NCBI GenBank assembly: GCA_046331095.1 | Contig: JAXLRM010000008.1 | Span: 69,074 to 133,073 of the forward strand | Direction: 5' to 3' | DNA from: Acidimicrobiia bacterium | Lineage (GTDB): Bacteria > Actinomycetota > Acidimicrobiia > UBA2766 | Length of the DNA: 64,000 nucleotides | Shown: positions 19,068 to 29,265 of the stretch, piece after piece | How the letters are laid out: each line of letters opens with the position of its first letter | How positions within the stretch are numbered: position 1 is the stretch's first letter | Notes under the pieces: model-generated | Told to the model about the DNA's origin: nothing | What the model saw: only the letters and a program-made list of their open reading frames with translations | Databases searched by the model: none | Position numbers and translations under genes: made by a program

Positions 19068-20549
19068 GTCGGCGACGCAGTCGTGCGCCGGGTCGCCTCC
19101 TGGCGCAACACCCGGCGTAGCACCTTGCCAGAGCCCGTGTACGGGAGGGCGTCTATGAACCAGACGGCCTTGGGGACCTTGTAGTTGGCGAGATGCTCGC
19201 GGCAGAACGCCTTGAGCCCCTCCGCCGTGGGGACGTGCGGCACGACAGCATCGGTGACGGCGAACGCGACGAGGATATGGCCGTACTCCTCGTCGGGCAC
19301 TCCTACCACCGCCACGTCCACGACCCCGGGGGCCTGCTCGAGGACGCGCTCGACCTCGGCCGGATAGACGTTCTCGCCTCCCGTGACGACCATGTCGTCC
19401 TTGCGATCGGCCACGTAGAGGTATCCATCCGCGTCCATGCGGCCGAGGTCGCCCATCTCGTAGAGGTGCGCGGGTGCGGCAACGGAGCCGAGCGTGGCGT
19501 CCTCGGTGTAACCCGAGAACATCGTTCCGCTCTCGACGACGATCTCCCCGTCCTCACCGGCACCCGCGATTCCCCCGTCCTCACGCGTGATCCGGACACC
19601 GACACCGGGAAGTGGACGCCCCACCGTGCCGGGGTGCGCTGCCATGTCGGCATCGGTGGCGATGCTCACCCATCCTGCCTCGGTGGAGCCGTAGAGGTTC
19701 AGCAGCGTGGGACCGAAGACCTGACGCGCCCGGTCCACGAGCGCGGGCGGCAGCGCCGAGCCCGACACCACGACGTAACGCAGGCAGCCGAGGTCATGGC
19801 GTGCGAGGACCGCGGGATCGAGGTCGAGGATCCGCTTGAGCATCACGGGGACGAGCGCCGCACCGGCCGCGGCATGCGCCGACGCCAGTGACACGAAATC
19901 CTGGGGATCGAAGCGCTCCATCAGCACCTGTGTCCCGCCGACCGCGAGCGCCACTCCCGTCCCGAAGAACCCGAGCGCGTGGTACAGCGGAGCAGGGACG
20001 ACGATGCAGTCCCCCGGCGCGATCGGAACTCGCGCGCAGAAGCCCACCACCGACGACGGATCCGAGGTCTCCAACCGGCGTTCGGCGCCCTTGGGGTGGC
20101 CCGTCGTGCCCGACGTGTGGATCACGAGCGGCGCGTCCTCGTCGCCGCGTGGCGGCTCCGAATCCGGCATAGGAGCCAGAGCCGACTCGTAGTCCTCACC
20201 TCTGACGAGGACCGTGCCGGGGAAGTCGAAGACCCTGTCCACGAAAGCCGGATCGACGATGACGGCCTTCACGTGCTGCTTTGCGAGTAGGCGCTCGACC
20301 TCTTCGGCGTGGAAAACGTGTTGACAGGGATCGGCGACACGCCCGGCGGCGGCGCCAGCCCTCCGACAGCTCGCGGCAGTTCGGGAGGAGGAGGCGCGAG
20401 CCTCCCGCCGGATATCCCTCGGCGTGCAGGACGTGAGCGAGTTGGTTGACCCTTGCGTTGAGCTGCGCATAGCTCAACGAGCCCTGGCTGTCGACGACGG
20501 CCACCCTGTTCGGGTGCGTCGCCGCGCGCAGGCGGAACACGGAGCCCAT
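19064..20549 (-). pseudogene. AMP-dependent acyl-CoA synthetase/ligase with an apparent internal frameshift
   Basis: The N-terminal AMP-binding region (MGSVFRLRAATHPNRVAVVDSQGSLSYAQLNARVNQLAHVL...LLLPNCRELSEGW) is in one frame (ORF 20196..21023). The rest (HVFHAEEVERLL...IHTSGTTGHPKGA...YGSTE...) is in the frame of ORF 19064..20470. The switch lies in a G/C homopolymer-rich stretch around 20300-20365. Confidence 0.55.
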
Positions 20550-20892
20550 CAAGGGACCGCGCTGCGCGAGTGCCCACGCTGTCGCCGGGGTCCGCCACGG
20601 CGGTGGCGCGGACCCGACGGCGACGCACGCCAGGCGCAGCGAGCCGCGCAGCAACTCGTCGGCCGCACGGGCAAGGGAGCGGAACTGATCGGGGAGGATG
20701 CGAGTCGGGTCCACGTCGCGGATGCTAATCCGGAGGCGTCCTGGGGCACCCGGGCACGTGCGGTTCCTGCGTGGCGACGGGCCGCGCGGTCCGTCTCCCG
20801 GACCCGAACGGGCGGCACAGCTACAGCGCGAAGGGGGTACTGCCGATTGGGTGCTGAGGAATCGTTCCCGCTGGGGAGCAACAGGAGCACGC

Positions 20893-21417
20893 TTGCAGCC
20901 GGTCAAGGTGGTGATCGTCGGGCCCTTCGGCGCGGGGAAGACCACGTTCATCCGCACGATCTCGGAGGTCACCGGGGTCTCGACCGATCGCGAGATCACC
21001 GACGCCTCTGGCTTCGGCTCCAAGACCGAGACGACCGTCGCCCTCGACTACGGGCGCATCACCATCGACGACGAGATCGTCCTCTACCTGTTCGGGACGC
21101 CGGGACAGGAGCGCTTCGAGTTCATGTGGGAGGTGGCGAGCCAGGGGATGCTCGGGTTCATCCTCCTGGTGGACTCGTCCCGGCCCGAGACCTTCGGCGA
21201 GGCACGCGGGATCCTCGACTGGTTCCGTAGCGCCGCCGACGGTCCGTACCTGGTCGCCGCCAACAAGACCTCCGATCCCGCTGCCGACGCCGATCGGGTC
21301 CGCACCGGTCTCGGACTCGACGAGCGCGACCACGTCATCCCGACCGACGCGCTCGACCGCGAACAGGTGAAGGCGGCGCTCGTCGAGTTCCTGGAACGGC
21401 GCCTCGTTCACACCTGA
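20893..21417 (+). CDS. Small Ras-like GTPase of the conservon CvnD / MglA-like family
   Basis: VKVVIVGPFGAGKTTFIRTISE (P-loop), LYLFGTPGQERF (switch II), ANKTSD (NKxD). TTG start at 20893 preceded by AGGAGCA. No cvnA/B/C partners are adjacent. Confidence 0.75.
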   Translation: MQPVKVVIVGPFGAGKTTFIRTISEVTGVSTDREITDASGFGSKTETTVALDYGRITIDDEIVLYLFGTPGQERFEFMWEVASQGMLGFILLVDSSRPETFGEARGILDWFRSAADGPYLVAANKTSDPAADADRVRTGLGLDERDHVIPTDALDREQVKAALVEFLERRLVHT

Positions 21418-21432
21418 AGCCCGGCGCCCCAC

Positions 21433-22842
21433 CTACGGACCTGGGAACCACCGGCCAGGTAGCGCCGGCGTCGCGGGAGGAGGCCCTTCGGACTCGTGCC
21501 GTTGCGGGCCGGCCCACTGGTCCACCGCGCAGGTTCCGTCGACGTGAAGCGCTCGGGCACGGCGGCGGCAGGCGTCGGCGAGGAGATCCACCGACATCGC
21601 CTCGAGGTACGGCTCGTAGCGTGACGGCGCCGCGGCGAGACCCCGCGCTGCGACCTGGTACTCCGCGGCCGCACGACGACTGTGGCCTCCACGCTCCAAC
21701 AACGTGGCATTGCAGGCACGCGCGAGCGCGAAGTCGGGGTCGAGGTACAGGACACGCCTGTACGCGTCGACGGCGTCGTCCGCCCCTCCACGATCGGCCA
21801 CGCTGGCCAACACGAAATGGGCCTCGACATGGAACTCGTCGTGGTCGAGCACTGTCCGCGCCGCACGTGCAGCACCGTCGAGCTCGCCGCGCACGAGCGC
21901 CGCCTGCGCCGACGCGAGGGCCTCGCGTGCTTCGACCCTCGTGGTGATCCGGCTCCACACCCGCGCGGCCGCATCCTGCGTGCGCACGACCGATGTGGGT
22001 TCCGGGCCCCCACGACGGTTCCGGCTGTCGGCGGACGGGCGCCTGTAGGCGAACACGTCGCCGAGCTCCACGAGCTCGAGCTCGTGGTCCAGACCCCAGA
22101 GCGACTCGGCGGAACCGAGGAAGAGATGCCCGCCCGGGCGCAGCACGGACGTCAAGTTGGCCACCACCTCCTCGGTGACGGCCTTGTCGAAGTAGATGCC
22201 CACGTTGCAGAACAGGATCACGTCGGCAGGGTCGAAGCTCGGGCAAGGGCGCCGGAGGTTCGCCCGCACGAAGCGCACGCGCTCACGCAGCATCGGTCGC
22301 GCCACGACCCCGTGCCCCCCACCGTGGTCACACGACTCGAACCAGCGCCGGTAGCTCGGCGGAAGGCCGGCCACGGCGGTCGCGGGGTATCGCCCGGCGC
22401 GTGCAACCTCGAGCGCTTCCCGACACCAGTCGACGGCGGTGACCCGCGACTTGGAGTCGCCGAGACGCGACGCCGCGCAGGCCGCCAGCGTCCACGCCTC
22501 CTCGCCCGTGGAGCATCCGGCGCTCACGATGTGCACCGCACCGGTGCGCGCTGCGCACTCGGGAAGGACCGTCGCCTCCAATGCCTCGAACAGCTCCGGA
22601 TGGCGCAGGAACGCCGTCTGGCCGACGGAGACGAGATCGAACAGGGAGTCGACTTCGTGGGGATCGGAGTCCAGCAAGGAGACGTAGCGGTCGAGATCGC
22701 CCCCGCGGGTCAGCGACGCACGGGTGGCAAGTGAGTCCTGCAGGCGCATCCGGCTTCCCACCGGTAGCCGCAGCCCTGTTCGCCGTTCGAGGCTCGCGGC
22801 CGCCTCCGCGACGGGGTCAGACGCCACGGACGGCACCGTCAC
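21433..22842 (-). CDS. cheR: Chemotaxis protein methyltransferase CheR fused to C-terminal TPR repeats (FrzF/WspC-like)
   Basis: CheR N-terminal domain (LERRTGLRLPVGSRMRLQDSL...DSDPHEVDSLF) and SAM-MTase domain (VHIVSAGCSTGEEAWTLA, ILFCNVGIYFD), followed by about 180 aa of TPR-like sequence. The start overlaps the stop of the upstream REC-GAF gene. Confidence 0.8.
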   Translation of the reverse strand: MTVPSVASDPVAEAAASLERRTGLRLPVGSRMRLQDSLATRASLTRGGDLDRYVSLLDSDPHEVDSLFDLVSVGQTAFLRHPELFEALEATVLPECAARTGAVHIVSAGCSTGEEAWTLAACAASRLGDSKSRVTAVDWCREALEVARAGRYPATAVAGLPPSYRRWFESCDHGGGHGVVARPMLRERVRFVRANLRRPCPSFDPADVILFCNVGIYFDKAVTEEVVANLTSVLRPGGHLFLGSAESLWGLDHELELVELGDVFAYRRPSADSRNRRGGPEPTSVVRTQDAAARVWSRITTRVEAREALASAQAALVRGELDGAARAARTVLDHDEFHVEAHFVLASVADRGGADDAVDAYRRVLYLDPDFALARACNATLLERGGHSRRAAAEYQVAARGLAAAPSRYEPYLEAMSVDLLADACRRRARALHVDGTCAVDQWAGPQRHESEGPPPATPALPGRWFPGP

Positions 22843-23842
22843 GCGCCATCTGCTCGTGGAGGCGGGCACTGTCGACCACGGCAGCGAGTGTGTTCTCGAT
22901 GAGCCGCAGCGCACCGAGGTCCTGATCGCCGAAAGCGCCCGGAACGAACGACGCGAGCCCGAGCATCGCGAACGGACGTCCAGCCGACCACAACGGCATG
23001 GACACGAACGTCTGCAATGGTGGGCTTGCGTCCTCGACGACCATCCCGGCGGATTCGAACGTGACCAGACGTGCTTCGGGCACCGGGGCCGGGCGCATCT
23101 CGCTGGGCATCTCGGCAGCCATCTGCGACACGACATCGAGGAGGCGATCCCGGCTCACCGGTCCGACCGGCCGCAGCGCGAACAGGCCCTCCTCGGCGAG
23201 GGCCACGCAACCGACGTCGTAGTGGAGGACGTTGCCCACGATCGAGAGAACCGCGTCCACCGTGTCACCCAGGTCGGTCATGCGGGCACCGACCTCCCCG
23301 ATCTGCTTCACGAGCGTGGACTCGAACAGCTTGCGATCAAGGGTCTCGCAGACCCGCGAGAGGACGTCGGACTCGCTCAGCGACACGGGTCCCACGTCGG
23401 GGCTCAGGTAGTCCGGCTCGCGTCCGGCGACGAGGCGCGTGACGATCTCGAGTAGCTCGTCGGGGCCGAAGTCCTTGGTCACGAACGCCTCTGCGCCCGA
23501 TTCGAGCGCCCAGAACCGATCGGCACTGGCATCACGCCCCGTGAGCATGAGAACCGGGACGTTCGCCGCGGTCCAGTCGTCCTTGAGGAGCCGGCACACG
23601 AGGTAACCCGAGAGCTTGGGCATGGAGATGTCGGTGATGAGCAGATCCGGCCGCGACGAGTAGAAGGTCTGGACGCAGTTGACGCCGTCGGTGGCGGTCA
23701 TGACGCGGAAGCCGCCCGACTCCAGCACACCCCCGACGACGTGCAGGAGCGTCGGCGAATCGTCCGCGACCAGGACCAGCGGTCCACTGCGGCCCTGCGC
23801 ACCCCAGTTCTGCTCTTCCGGGTTCTGCACGTCTCCTGGCAC
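22817..23842 (-). CDS. Response regulator with an N-terminal receiver domain and a C-terminal GAF-like domain
   Basis: REC: LVLVADDSPTLLHVVGGVLESGGF...DLLITDISMPKLSG...KDFGPDEL. The C-terminal 170 aa are GAF-like. Confidence 0.75.
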   Translation of the reverse strand: MPGDVQNPEEQNWGAQGRSGPLVLVADDSPTLLHVVGGVLESGGFRVMTATDGVNCVQTFYSSRPDLLITDISMPKLSGYLVCRLLKDDWTAANVPVLMLTGRDASADRFWALESGAEAFVTKDFGPDELLEIVTRLVAGREPDYLSPDVGPVSLSESDVLSRVCETLDRKLFESTLVKQIGEVGARMTDLGDTVDAVLSIVGNVLHYDVGCVALAEEGLFALRPVGPVSRDRLLDVVSQMAAEMPSEMRPAPVPEARLVTFESAGMVVEDASPPLQTFVSMPLWSAGRPFAMLGLASFVPGAFGDQDLGALRLIENTLAAVVDSARLHEQMARDGAVRGV

Positions 23843-23955
23843 CTCTCTCAGTTGGTCGGCTCAGACCTCGCTCCGGTTGAGCCCCGAATGGGCGAACCCG
23901 GCGACCCCCACCCGGCACACGCCCCGAGGTGGCGCAGCGAACGTTCGGTGGGACA

Positions 23956-26214
23956 TCAAGCGGGGACCATCGATCTCAGCAGCTCCACGAGCTCCACCTG
24001 GTCGAAGTCGGCCTTGGTCACGTAGGCGTCGGCACCGGCGTCCAGACCGCGTCGCCTGTCCTCCTCGCTCGCGAGGCTGGTGAGCATCACGAACGGCACT
24101 GCCTGGCCCCTCCCGCGTAGCGAGCTGCAGAGCTCCACACCGTCCATCCTTGGCATCTGCACATCCGAGACCACGGCATCGAAGCCGGCTTCTGCCTCGT
24201 AGGTCGCGATCGCCTCGGCACCGTCGGCAGCGGTGGTCACGTCGAAACCGGCTGCCTCGAGTATCGATCGGACCATCTCCCGGATAGGTGCGGCGTCGTC
24301 GACGACGAGCACACGTGGCCGTTCGTGGTGCCGCTCGGGCAACGAGGGGCGCGAGGTGGCACCGAGTCGACCCGCAGCGAGCAACGAGGAGGGGTCGAGC
24401 ACCAGGATCACGTCGCCGTTGCCGAGGATGGACGCACCCCCGACGTGACGCACACCGCGTACGAAGGTGCCGAGGTTCTTCACGACGATCTCACGCTGGC
24501 CCACGAGGTCCTCGACCCGCATGGCGAGGCTGCGGCCCGCGCTCGAAAGCACGATCACAGGACCGGAGCCGTCGTCGGGCGCGCCGCTGATCAGGTCGCA
24601 GAGGTCCACGAGCGGCAGCACCTCGCCCCTGAGGTCCACGACACGCTGTCCTGCGACGGTGCGCACGTCGTCCTCGTGCACTTGCACCACCTCGGTGACC
24701 GCGGAGACCGGCAGCGCATAGGTCCGACCGCCGCTCACGACGGTGACACCGACCACGATCGACAGTGTCGTGGGAACAGTCAGCACGAAAGTGGTGCCAC
24801 GACCGGGTTCGGTGTGGACCTCGATGCCGCCCTTGAGGGCGTCGACCGCGTCGCGCACGATGTCGAGGCCGACTCCGCGGCCCGACGTCGTCGTGGACCT
24901 CGGCGCGGTCGAGAACCCAGGACGGAAGAGCAGGCTCCCGAGGTCGGCGGCCGAGATCTCCTCCTCGGCGCTCAACCAGCCTGCGGTGACGCCCCGACGA
25001 CGTACCGCGTCCACGTCGACGCCGCGACCGTCGTCGGCGACCTCGATCACGACCTGCCCCCCACGCTGACGCGCGGTGATGGTCACGGACCCTGCGGGCG
25101 GCTTCCCGGCCGCCTCACGTTCGGCCGGCCCTTCGACACCGTGATCCAGTGCGTTGATCACGAGCGCGCGCAAGGGCTCGGCGATTCGCTCGAGTACCTG
25201 TTTGTCGAGCTCCACGTCGCCGTCGTCGACGACGAGATCGACCTGCTTGGACAGCTCCCGGCAGAGGTCGCGGGCGAGTCGGGGAAGTGGTGCCATCACC
25301 GACGCCGCCGGAAACGTGGCGAGGGCCATAGCCCGCTCCTGCAGCGCCTCGACCTGCTTGCGGCTCGCGTCAGCGATGTCGTCGATGTCGAACGAGAGGA
25401 CCGCGAGCTCGTCGCGCACGTGCCCCAGGAGTTCGACCGCCTGGGCCGCGCGGACGGGATCGGCGCCGTGGTCGAGGCGTCGCATACGCGAGTCGACGCG
25501 ACGGAAGAGATCGCCGAGACGGTCCGCGTGCTCCTTGACCGTCACTTGCCCGATCGTCGACTCGCCGACGGCGTCGATGAGGTCGTACACCTTCGATGTC
25601 TCGAGGCGGACGGTCGCCGACCGGACCGGCCGGACCGGCTGGACCGGATCCGTCGACGGGTCCGGTGCCGGCACCGGCGCCTGGTGCGGCGCTGCAAGGG
25701 GGACCTCGGCGACCGGATCGCGCGTGCCCGGCACGGTCGCCGCACGTTCCGCGGTGGTCTCCGCCGCGTCTGCGCCCGCCTCGGTCGCAGCCCTCGCCGG
25801 AGCGGCCGCCGCGGCCACCTCCCCGAAAGCCTTGCCTGCACGATCCAGATGCGCGCAGATCGCGGTCGACGCCGCGGTGTGGTCGACGCTGCCGTCCTCC
25901 ACGAGCCGGGCAAGGACGTCGCAGGCGTCGAGAAGGACGTCGCAGACTCCCGCAGTGAGAGAGAGGGCACCGTCGCGGAGAGCGACGAGCACCTCCTCCA
26001 TCGCGTGCGCCACATCACAGACGGCGGTGAAGCCGAGCAGCTTGGCCGATCCCTTGATCGAGTGTGCGTCGCGGGAGATGCGCTCGAGTACCGGCGTCGA
26101 GATACCGTCGGTCTCGATCGCGAGGAGCCCCTCGCCCAACGACCCGAGCCGATCGGAGACCTCGCCGCGGAACACCTCGAACAACTCCGGCCTGTCGCCC
26201 CACCGTTGGGTCAC
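23956..26214 (-). CDS. cheA: Chemotaxis histidine kinase CheA with a C-terminal receiver domain (CheA-CheY hybrid, FrzE/WspE-like)
   Basis: HPt (DAHSIKGSAKLLGF), HATPase (GQVVIEVADDGRGVD...GRGVGLDIV), CheW-like domain, then REC (PRVLVVDDAAPIREM...VVSDVQMPRMDGVEL...YVTKADF). GTG start forms a GTGA overlap with the cheW stop at 26211-26214. Confidence 0.85.
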   Translation of the reverse strand: MTQRWGDRPELFEVFRGEVSDRLGSLGEGLLAIETDGISTPVLERISRDAHSIKGSAKLLGFTAVCDVAHAMEEVLVALRDGALSLTAGVCDVLLDACDVLARLVEDGSVDHTAASTAICAHLDRAGKAFGEVAAAAAPARAATEAGADAAETTAERAATVPGTRDPVAEVPLAAPHQAPVPAPDPSTDPVQPVRPVRSATVRLETSKVYDLIDAVGESTIGQVTVKEHADRLGDLFRRVDSRMRRLDHGADPVRAAQAVELLGHVRDELAVLSFDIDDIADASRKQVEALQERAMALATFPAASVMAPLPRLARDLCRELSKQVDLVVDDGDVELDKQVLERIAEPLRALVINALDHGVEGPAEREAAGKPPAGSVTITARQRGGQVVIEVADDGRGVDVDAVRRRGVTAGWLSAEEEISAADLGSLLFRPGFSTAPRSTTTSGRGVGLDIVRDAVDALKGGIEVHTEPGRGTTFVLTVPTTLSIVVGVTVVSGGRTYALPVSAVTEVVQVHEDDVRTVAGQRVVDLRGEVLPLVDLCDLISGAPDDGSGPVIVLSSAGRSLAMRVEDLVGQREIVVKNLGTFVRGVRHVGGASILGNGDVILVLDPSSLLAAGRLGATSRPSLPERHHERPRVLVVDDAAPIREMVRSILEAAGFDVTTAADGAEAIATYEAEAGFDAVVSDVQMPRMDGVELCSSLRGRGQAVPFVMLTSLASEEDRRRGLDAGADAYVTKADFDQVELVELLRSMVPA

Positions 26215-26660
26215 TTCGCCATCCCGAGCCGCTCCTGCAGACCGCTGAGGAACTCCGGTGAGAGCATCACGACCAGGCCCGCTTCGAGTGCGGCGATTCC
26301 CTCGCACCAACGACGCAACAGCTCGGGCAGCGTGTCGGGAGGAGTCATGAGGTCGGCTTCGTCGACGGTCACGACACCATCGACGGCGTCGACGCAGAAC
26401 CCGGCGTCGCAATCGACGTCGCGCATCACCACCAGGCGGCACTTGCGTCCCTTCGGTTCCGAGACCTCGGTCCTTGCTCCGAGGCCGACCGCGATGTCGA
26501 TGACTGCGAGGATCACCCCCCGCAAGTTGGTCACGCCACGCAGCCACACAGGTGACTCGGGCAGCGGCGTAACGCGTGGTGGACGCCTGATCTCACGGAC
26601 TGCGTCGAGCGCTATGGCGAAGCGCTCGGGGCCGATGCTGAACACGAGGTACTCCTGCAA
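26211..26660 (-). CDS. cheW: Chemotaxis coupling protein CheW
   Basis: CheW domain LQEYLVFSIGPERFAIALDAVREI...WLRGVTNLRGVILAVIDI. TTG start at 26660 sits 5 nt downstream of the MCP stop. Confidence 0.75.
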   Translation of the reverse strand: MQEYLVFSIGPERFAIALDAVREIRRPPRVTPLPESPVWLRGVTNLRGVILAVIDIAVGLGARTEVSEPKGRKCRLVVMRDVDCDAGFCVDAVDGVVTVDEADLMTPPDTLPELLRRWCEGIAALEAGLVVMLSPEFLSGLQERLGMAK

Positions 26661-26664
26661 GGCT

Positions 26665-28230
26665 CTACCCCACCCGGAAGCGTCCGAGTGTGCGGCGCAG
26701 TTCCACTGCGAAGCGTCGTACACCGGCAGCCGACTCGGTCGTCGCGCGGCCGGATTCGGCGTGTCGGCGCGTGACGCGCGCAACCTGGGCCACCGCTTCG
26801 ACGACCTGCTCGGACGCAAGCCGCTGCTGTTCGGTCGCGACCTGGATCTCCCGCGAAGCCTTCTGGGTCTCCGCCGCGAACTGATTGATCTCGTCGAGGG
26901 CGTTCCCGGCCTCCACGGCAAGCGAGACATCGGCGTCGACTTCGTTGGCGCCCTCTTCGGTGGCGATGATCGATGCGTTGGTCTCCTCGCGGATGTCTCC
27001 GATCAGGGCCTGCACATCACGAGTCGCGCCAGCAGAGCGTTCGGCGAGCTTGCGGACCTCTTCGGCGACGACGGCGAAGCCACGCCCGTCCTCGCCTGCC
27101 CGCGCGGCCTCGATGGCGGCGTTGAGCGCGAGGAGGTTCGTCTGGTCGGAGAGCTCCCGGCTGAGCTCGAGGATCGTTCCGATCTCCTGGCTGAGCTCGC
27201 CGAGGCGCAGGGTTCGGTCGGCGATGGCGCGGACCCTGTCGGAGATGCGCTGGATGCCTGCTTGGAGCTCGTCGACGGCATGGCTGCCCCGCAGTGTCGC
27301 GGCGGTGGTCTGGTCGGCAAGCTGCGCGACCGACTCCGCCGTCCCCGCGATGGACGCCGCAGTCGCAGCGAGCTCCTCGATGGTGGCGGTCACCTCACCG
27401 ATCGCCGTCGACTGCTGGGTGGACGAGCTCGCCTCCTCCTCGGCCAGTGATGCGAGGCGTTCACCCGCCTCGGCGAGGCGCTCGCCGCCCGCCTGCACCT
27501 GCCCCACGAGCTCGCGCAGGCTCCCCACCATCAAGTCGAAGCCCCCACCGAGCTCGGTGCCGACCGGGTCGGAGAGCGTCGTCGCCGCGGTCTCGTACAC
27601 GACCTCGCGGCGAAGGTCGCCGGCACCGACCGCCGTGAACGCGGCACCGACGGCGGCAGCTCGCTCCTCGGCGGCGATGACGGCATCGCGTGCGACGGCC
27701 GCGGCGGCCTCGGATTCGGCTGCCAGACACGCGACGACGGCGCAAACCGAGAGTACGGCGGCCGCCGCGGCGAGCGCAGGGACGAGAACGGCGGTGAAGC
27801 CATCCGGGCTCGCGCCCGCCGCTCCCACGAGGGTGCCTGCCACGACCACGGCCGTAGCCCCCGAGATCGTCGCCCTCGCCCTCGCGGCGACCACCCCGAC
27901 GGGTACGAGGGCCATCACCCAGGCGCTCGATGCGGGTCCGCCGACGGCCCAAACCGCGGTCGCGGTCCCCAACGCCGCGACACACGCGACGACCGACAGC
28001 ATCACCGTCTCCGCGTCACGGACAGCGAGGGGAGGCACCCAGGGTGACACGGCGATCACCAGCCCTGCCGCTCCGGCGAGCACGCAACCGGTCAGCAGCG
28101 CCGTCACGTGGGTGGCACCGGCACCGGAGAGGAGCGCGGCGACGGCCACGACCGCGACCGTGCCCACCTGGACGGCGCCCCACACGACCGACGACCTTCG
28201 TCTCTGCGCCTCGGCCTCGTGATCCACGTT
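26665..28230 (-). CDS. Methyl-accepting chemotaxis protein with a polytopic (about 6 TM) N-terminal membrane module and no periplasmic sensor domain
   Basis: HAMP plus MA domain ([34 protein letters not shown]). The track ORF extends to 28374, but that extension is a translation of the REP array, so the start was placed near 28230. Confidence 0.8.
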   Translation of the reverse strand, partial: NVDHEAEAQRRRSSVVWGAVQVGTVAVVAVAALLSGAGATHVTALLTGCVLAGAAGLVIAVSPWVPPLAVRDAETVMLSVVACVAALGTATAVWAVGGPASSAWVMALVPVGVVAARARATISGATAVVVAGTLVGAAGASPDGFTAVLVPALAAAAAVLSVCAVVACLAAESEAAAAVARDAVIAAEERAAAVGAAFTAVGAGDLRREVVYETAATTLSDPVGTELGGGFDLMVGSLRELVGQVQAGGERLAEAGERLASLAEEEASSSTQQSTAIGEVTATIEELAATAASIAGTAESVAQLADQTTAATLRGSHAVDELQAGIQRISDRVRAIADRTLRLGELSQEIGTILELSRELSDQTNLLALNAAIEAARAGEDGRGFAVVAEEVRKLAERSAGATRDVQALIGDIREETNASIIATEEGANEVDADVSLAVEAGNALDEINQFAAETQKASREIQVATEQQRLASEQVVEAVAQVARVTRRHAESGRATTESAAGVRRFAVELRRTLGRFRVG

Positions 28231-28313
28231 CACTCCTCGGGCTCCCAGTACACCTCGACCTTCATCGGCACCCTCCGACGCCGATTTGAGCGCTGACCAG
28301 ACAACCGCACAAC

Positions 28314-28426
28314 CGACGTGGGGACGTGAAACGGGCTGTGAACCCACCTCACGTCCCCACGTCGAACCGGACAACCCACGTGGGGACGTGAAACGGGCTG
28401 TGAACCCACCTCACGTCCCCACGTCG
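28314..28426. repeat. REP-like palindromic element array, locus 1: two 49-bp hairpin units separated by a 13-bp spacer (period 62 bp)
   Basis: Each unit is GACGTGGGGACGTGA-N19-TCACGTCCCCACGTC (15-bp perfect stem). The spacer is aaccggacaaccc. It lies in the divergent region between the MCP gene and the phosphatase gene. Confidence 0.9.
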
Positions 28427-28454
28427 AGAGCGGGCTTGGCTACGGTCTGCTCCG

Positions 28455-29108
28455 ATGCACCTGATCGCTGTCCGCCACGGGGAGTCGACCTGGAACGCGG
28501 TAGGCCGGTGGCAGGGCCAAGCCGACCCGGGGCTGTCGGCGCTCGGCCGGCTCCAAGCGTCTGCCCTCGGCGCCCGACTCGCCGTGACGACAGTCGACGC
28601 GGTGGTGTCGAGCGATCTCACCAGAGCGGCCGAGACCGCTCGTGCGGTTGCCGAGCCGCACGGACTCGACGTGGTCCTGCGGCCCGACCTACGCGAGCGT
28701 GACGTGGGTGAGTGGACCGGGCTCACAAGGTCCGAGATCGTCGAGCGCCACCCGGATCAGTGGGCCGCGTACTGCCGCCATCTCGACCCCCCCCTGGGTG
28801 GCGGCGAGACCACTCGCGACCTGCACGCGAGGATCGGTGCCGCGCTCGACGCGATTCTCGACGAGGACCCCGGTGCCGGGAGTGACGCGGTCGTGGTCGT
28901 CGTCGGACACGGCGGCACCGTACGGGCGATCGCCTACTCCGCCCTCGGCCTCAGGCCCGAACCCGGACGGCCGATGGCCCTGTTGGCGCCGGGCAACACC
29001 GCCATCGCCGAGATCGGTTACGACAGCCGCGGCTTGCGTCTGCGCAGCTACAACGACACGGCGCACCTCTACGGCGTCGGCATGGAGGAAACGGCGCTGG
29101 ACGCCTGA
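28455..29108 (+). CDS. Histidine phosphatase family protein (phosphoglycerate mutase-like)
   Basis: LIAVRHGESTWN catalytic motif, 217 aa. Confidence 0.8.
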   Translation: MHLIAVRHGESTWNAVGRWQGQADPGLSALGRLQASALGARLAVTTVDAVVSSDLTRAAETARAVAEPHGLDVVLRPDLRERDVGEWTGLTRSEIVERHPDQWAAYCRHLDPPLGGGETTRDLHARIGAALDAILDEDPGAGSDAVVVVVGHGGTVRAIAYSALGLRPEPGRPMALLAPGNTAIAEIGYDSRGLRLRSYNDTAHLYGVGMEETALDA

Positions 29109-29265
29109 TCGTCGTGAGCCCTGCCCTTGGGCAGCAGTCACCGTGAGATGCAAGGGAACCGTCCCGGGAGGGTTGCCGATCACGGTGGACTGCGCTATGT
29201 TCCGATCCCGACAAAAGGGATATTCGGTCAGGTTGGACCGATCGTAGGCCGGACTGGGATGGGAC

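Noticed and set aside
24325-28222. 1041-aa + strand ORF 24325..27450 and 445-aa ORF 26885..28222 antisense to cheA, cheW and the MCP.
   Set aside because: They are antisense frames of well-supported che genes and are compositionally biased (R/A/G/P/S/T-rich), with no domain signatures.
28230-28374. N-terminal 48 codons of the MCP ORF ([21 protein letters not shown]…).
   Set aside because: This segment is a direct translation of REP array 1. The same PTWGR…RPHV peptide recurs wherever REP units are translated. The start was moved downstream.
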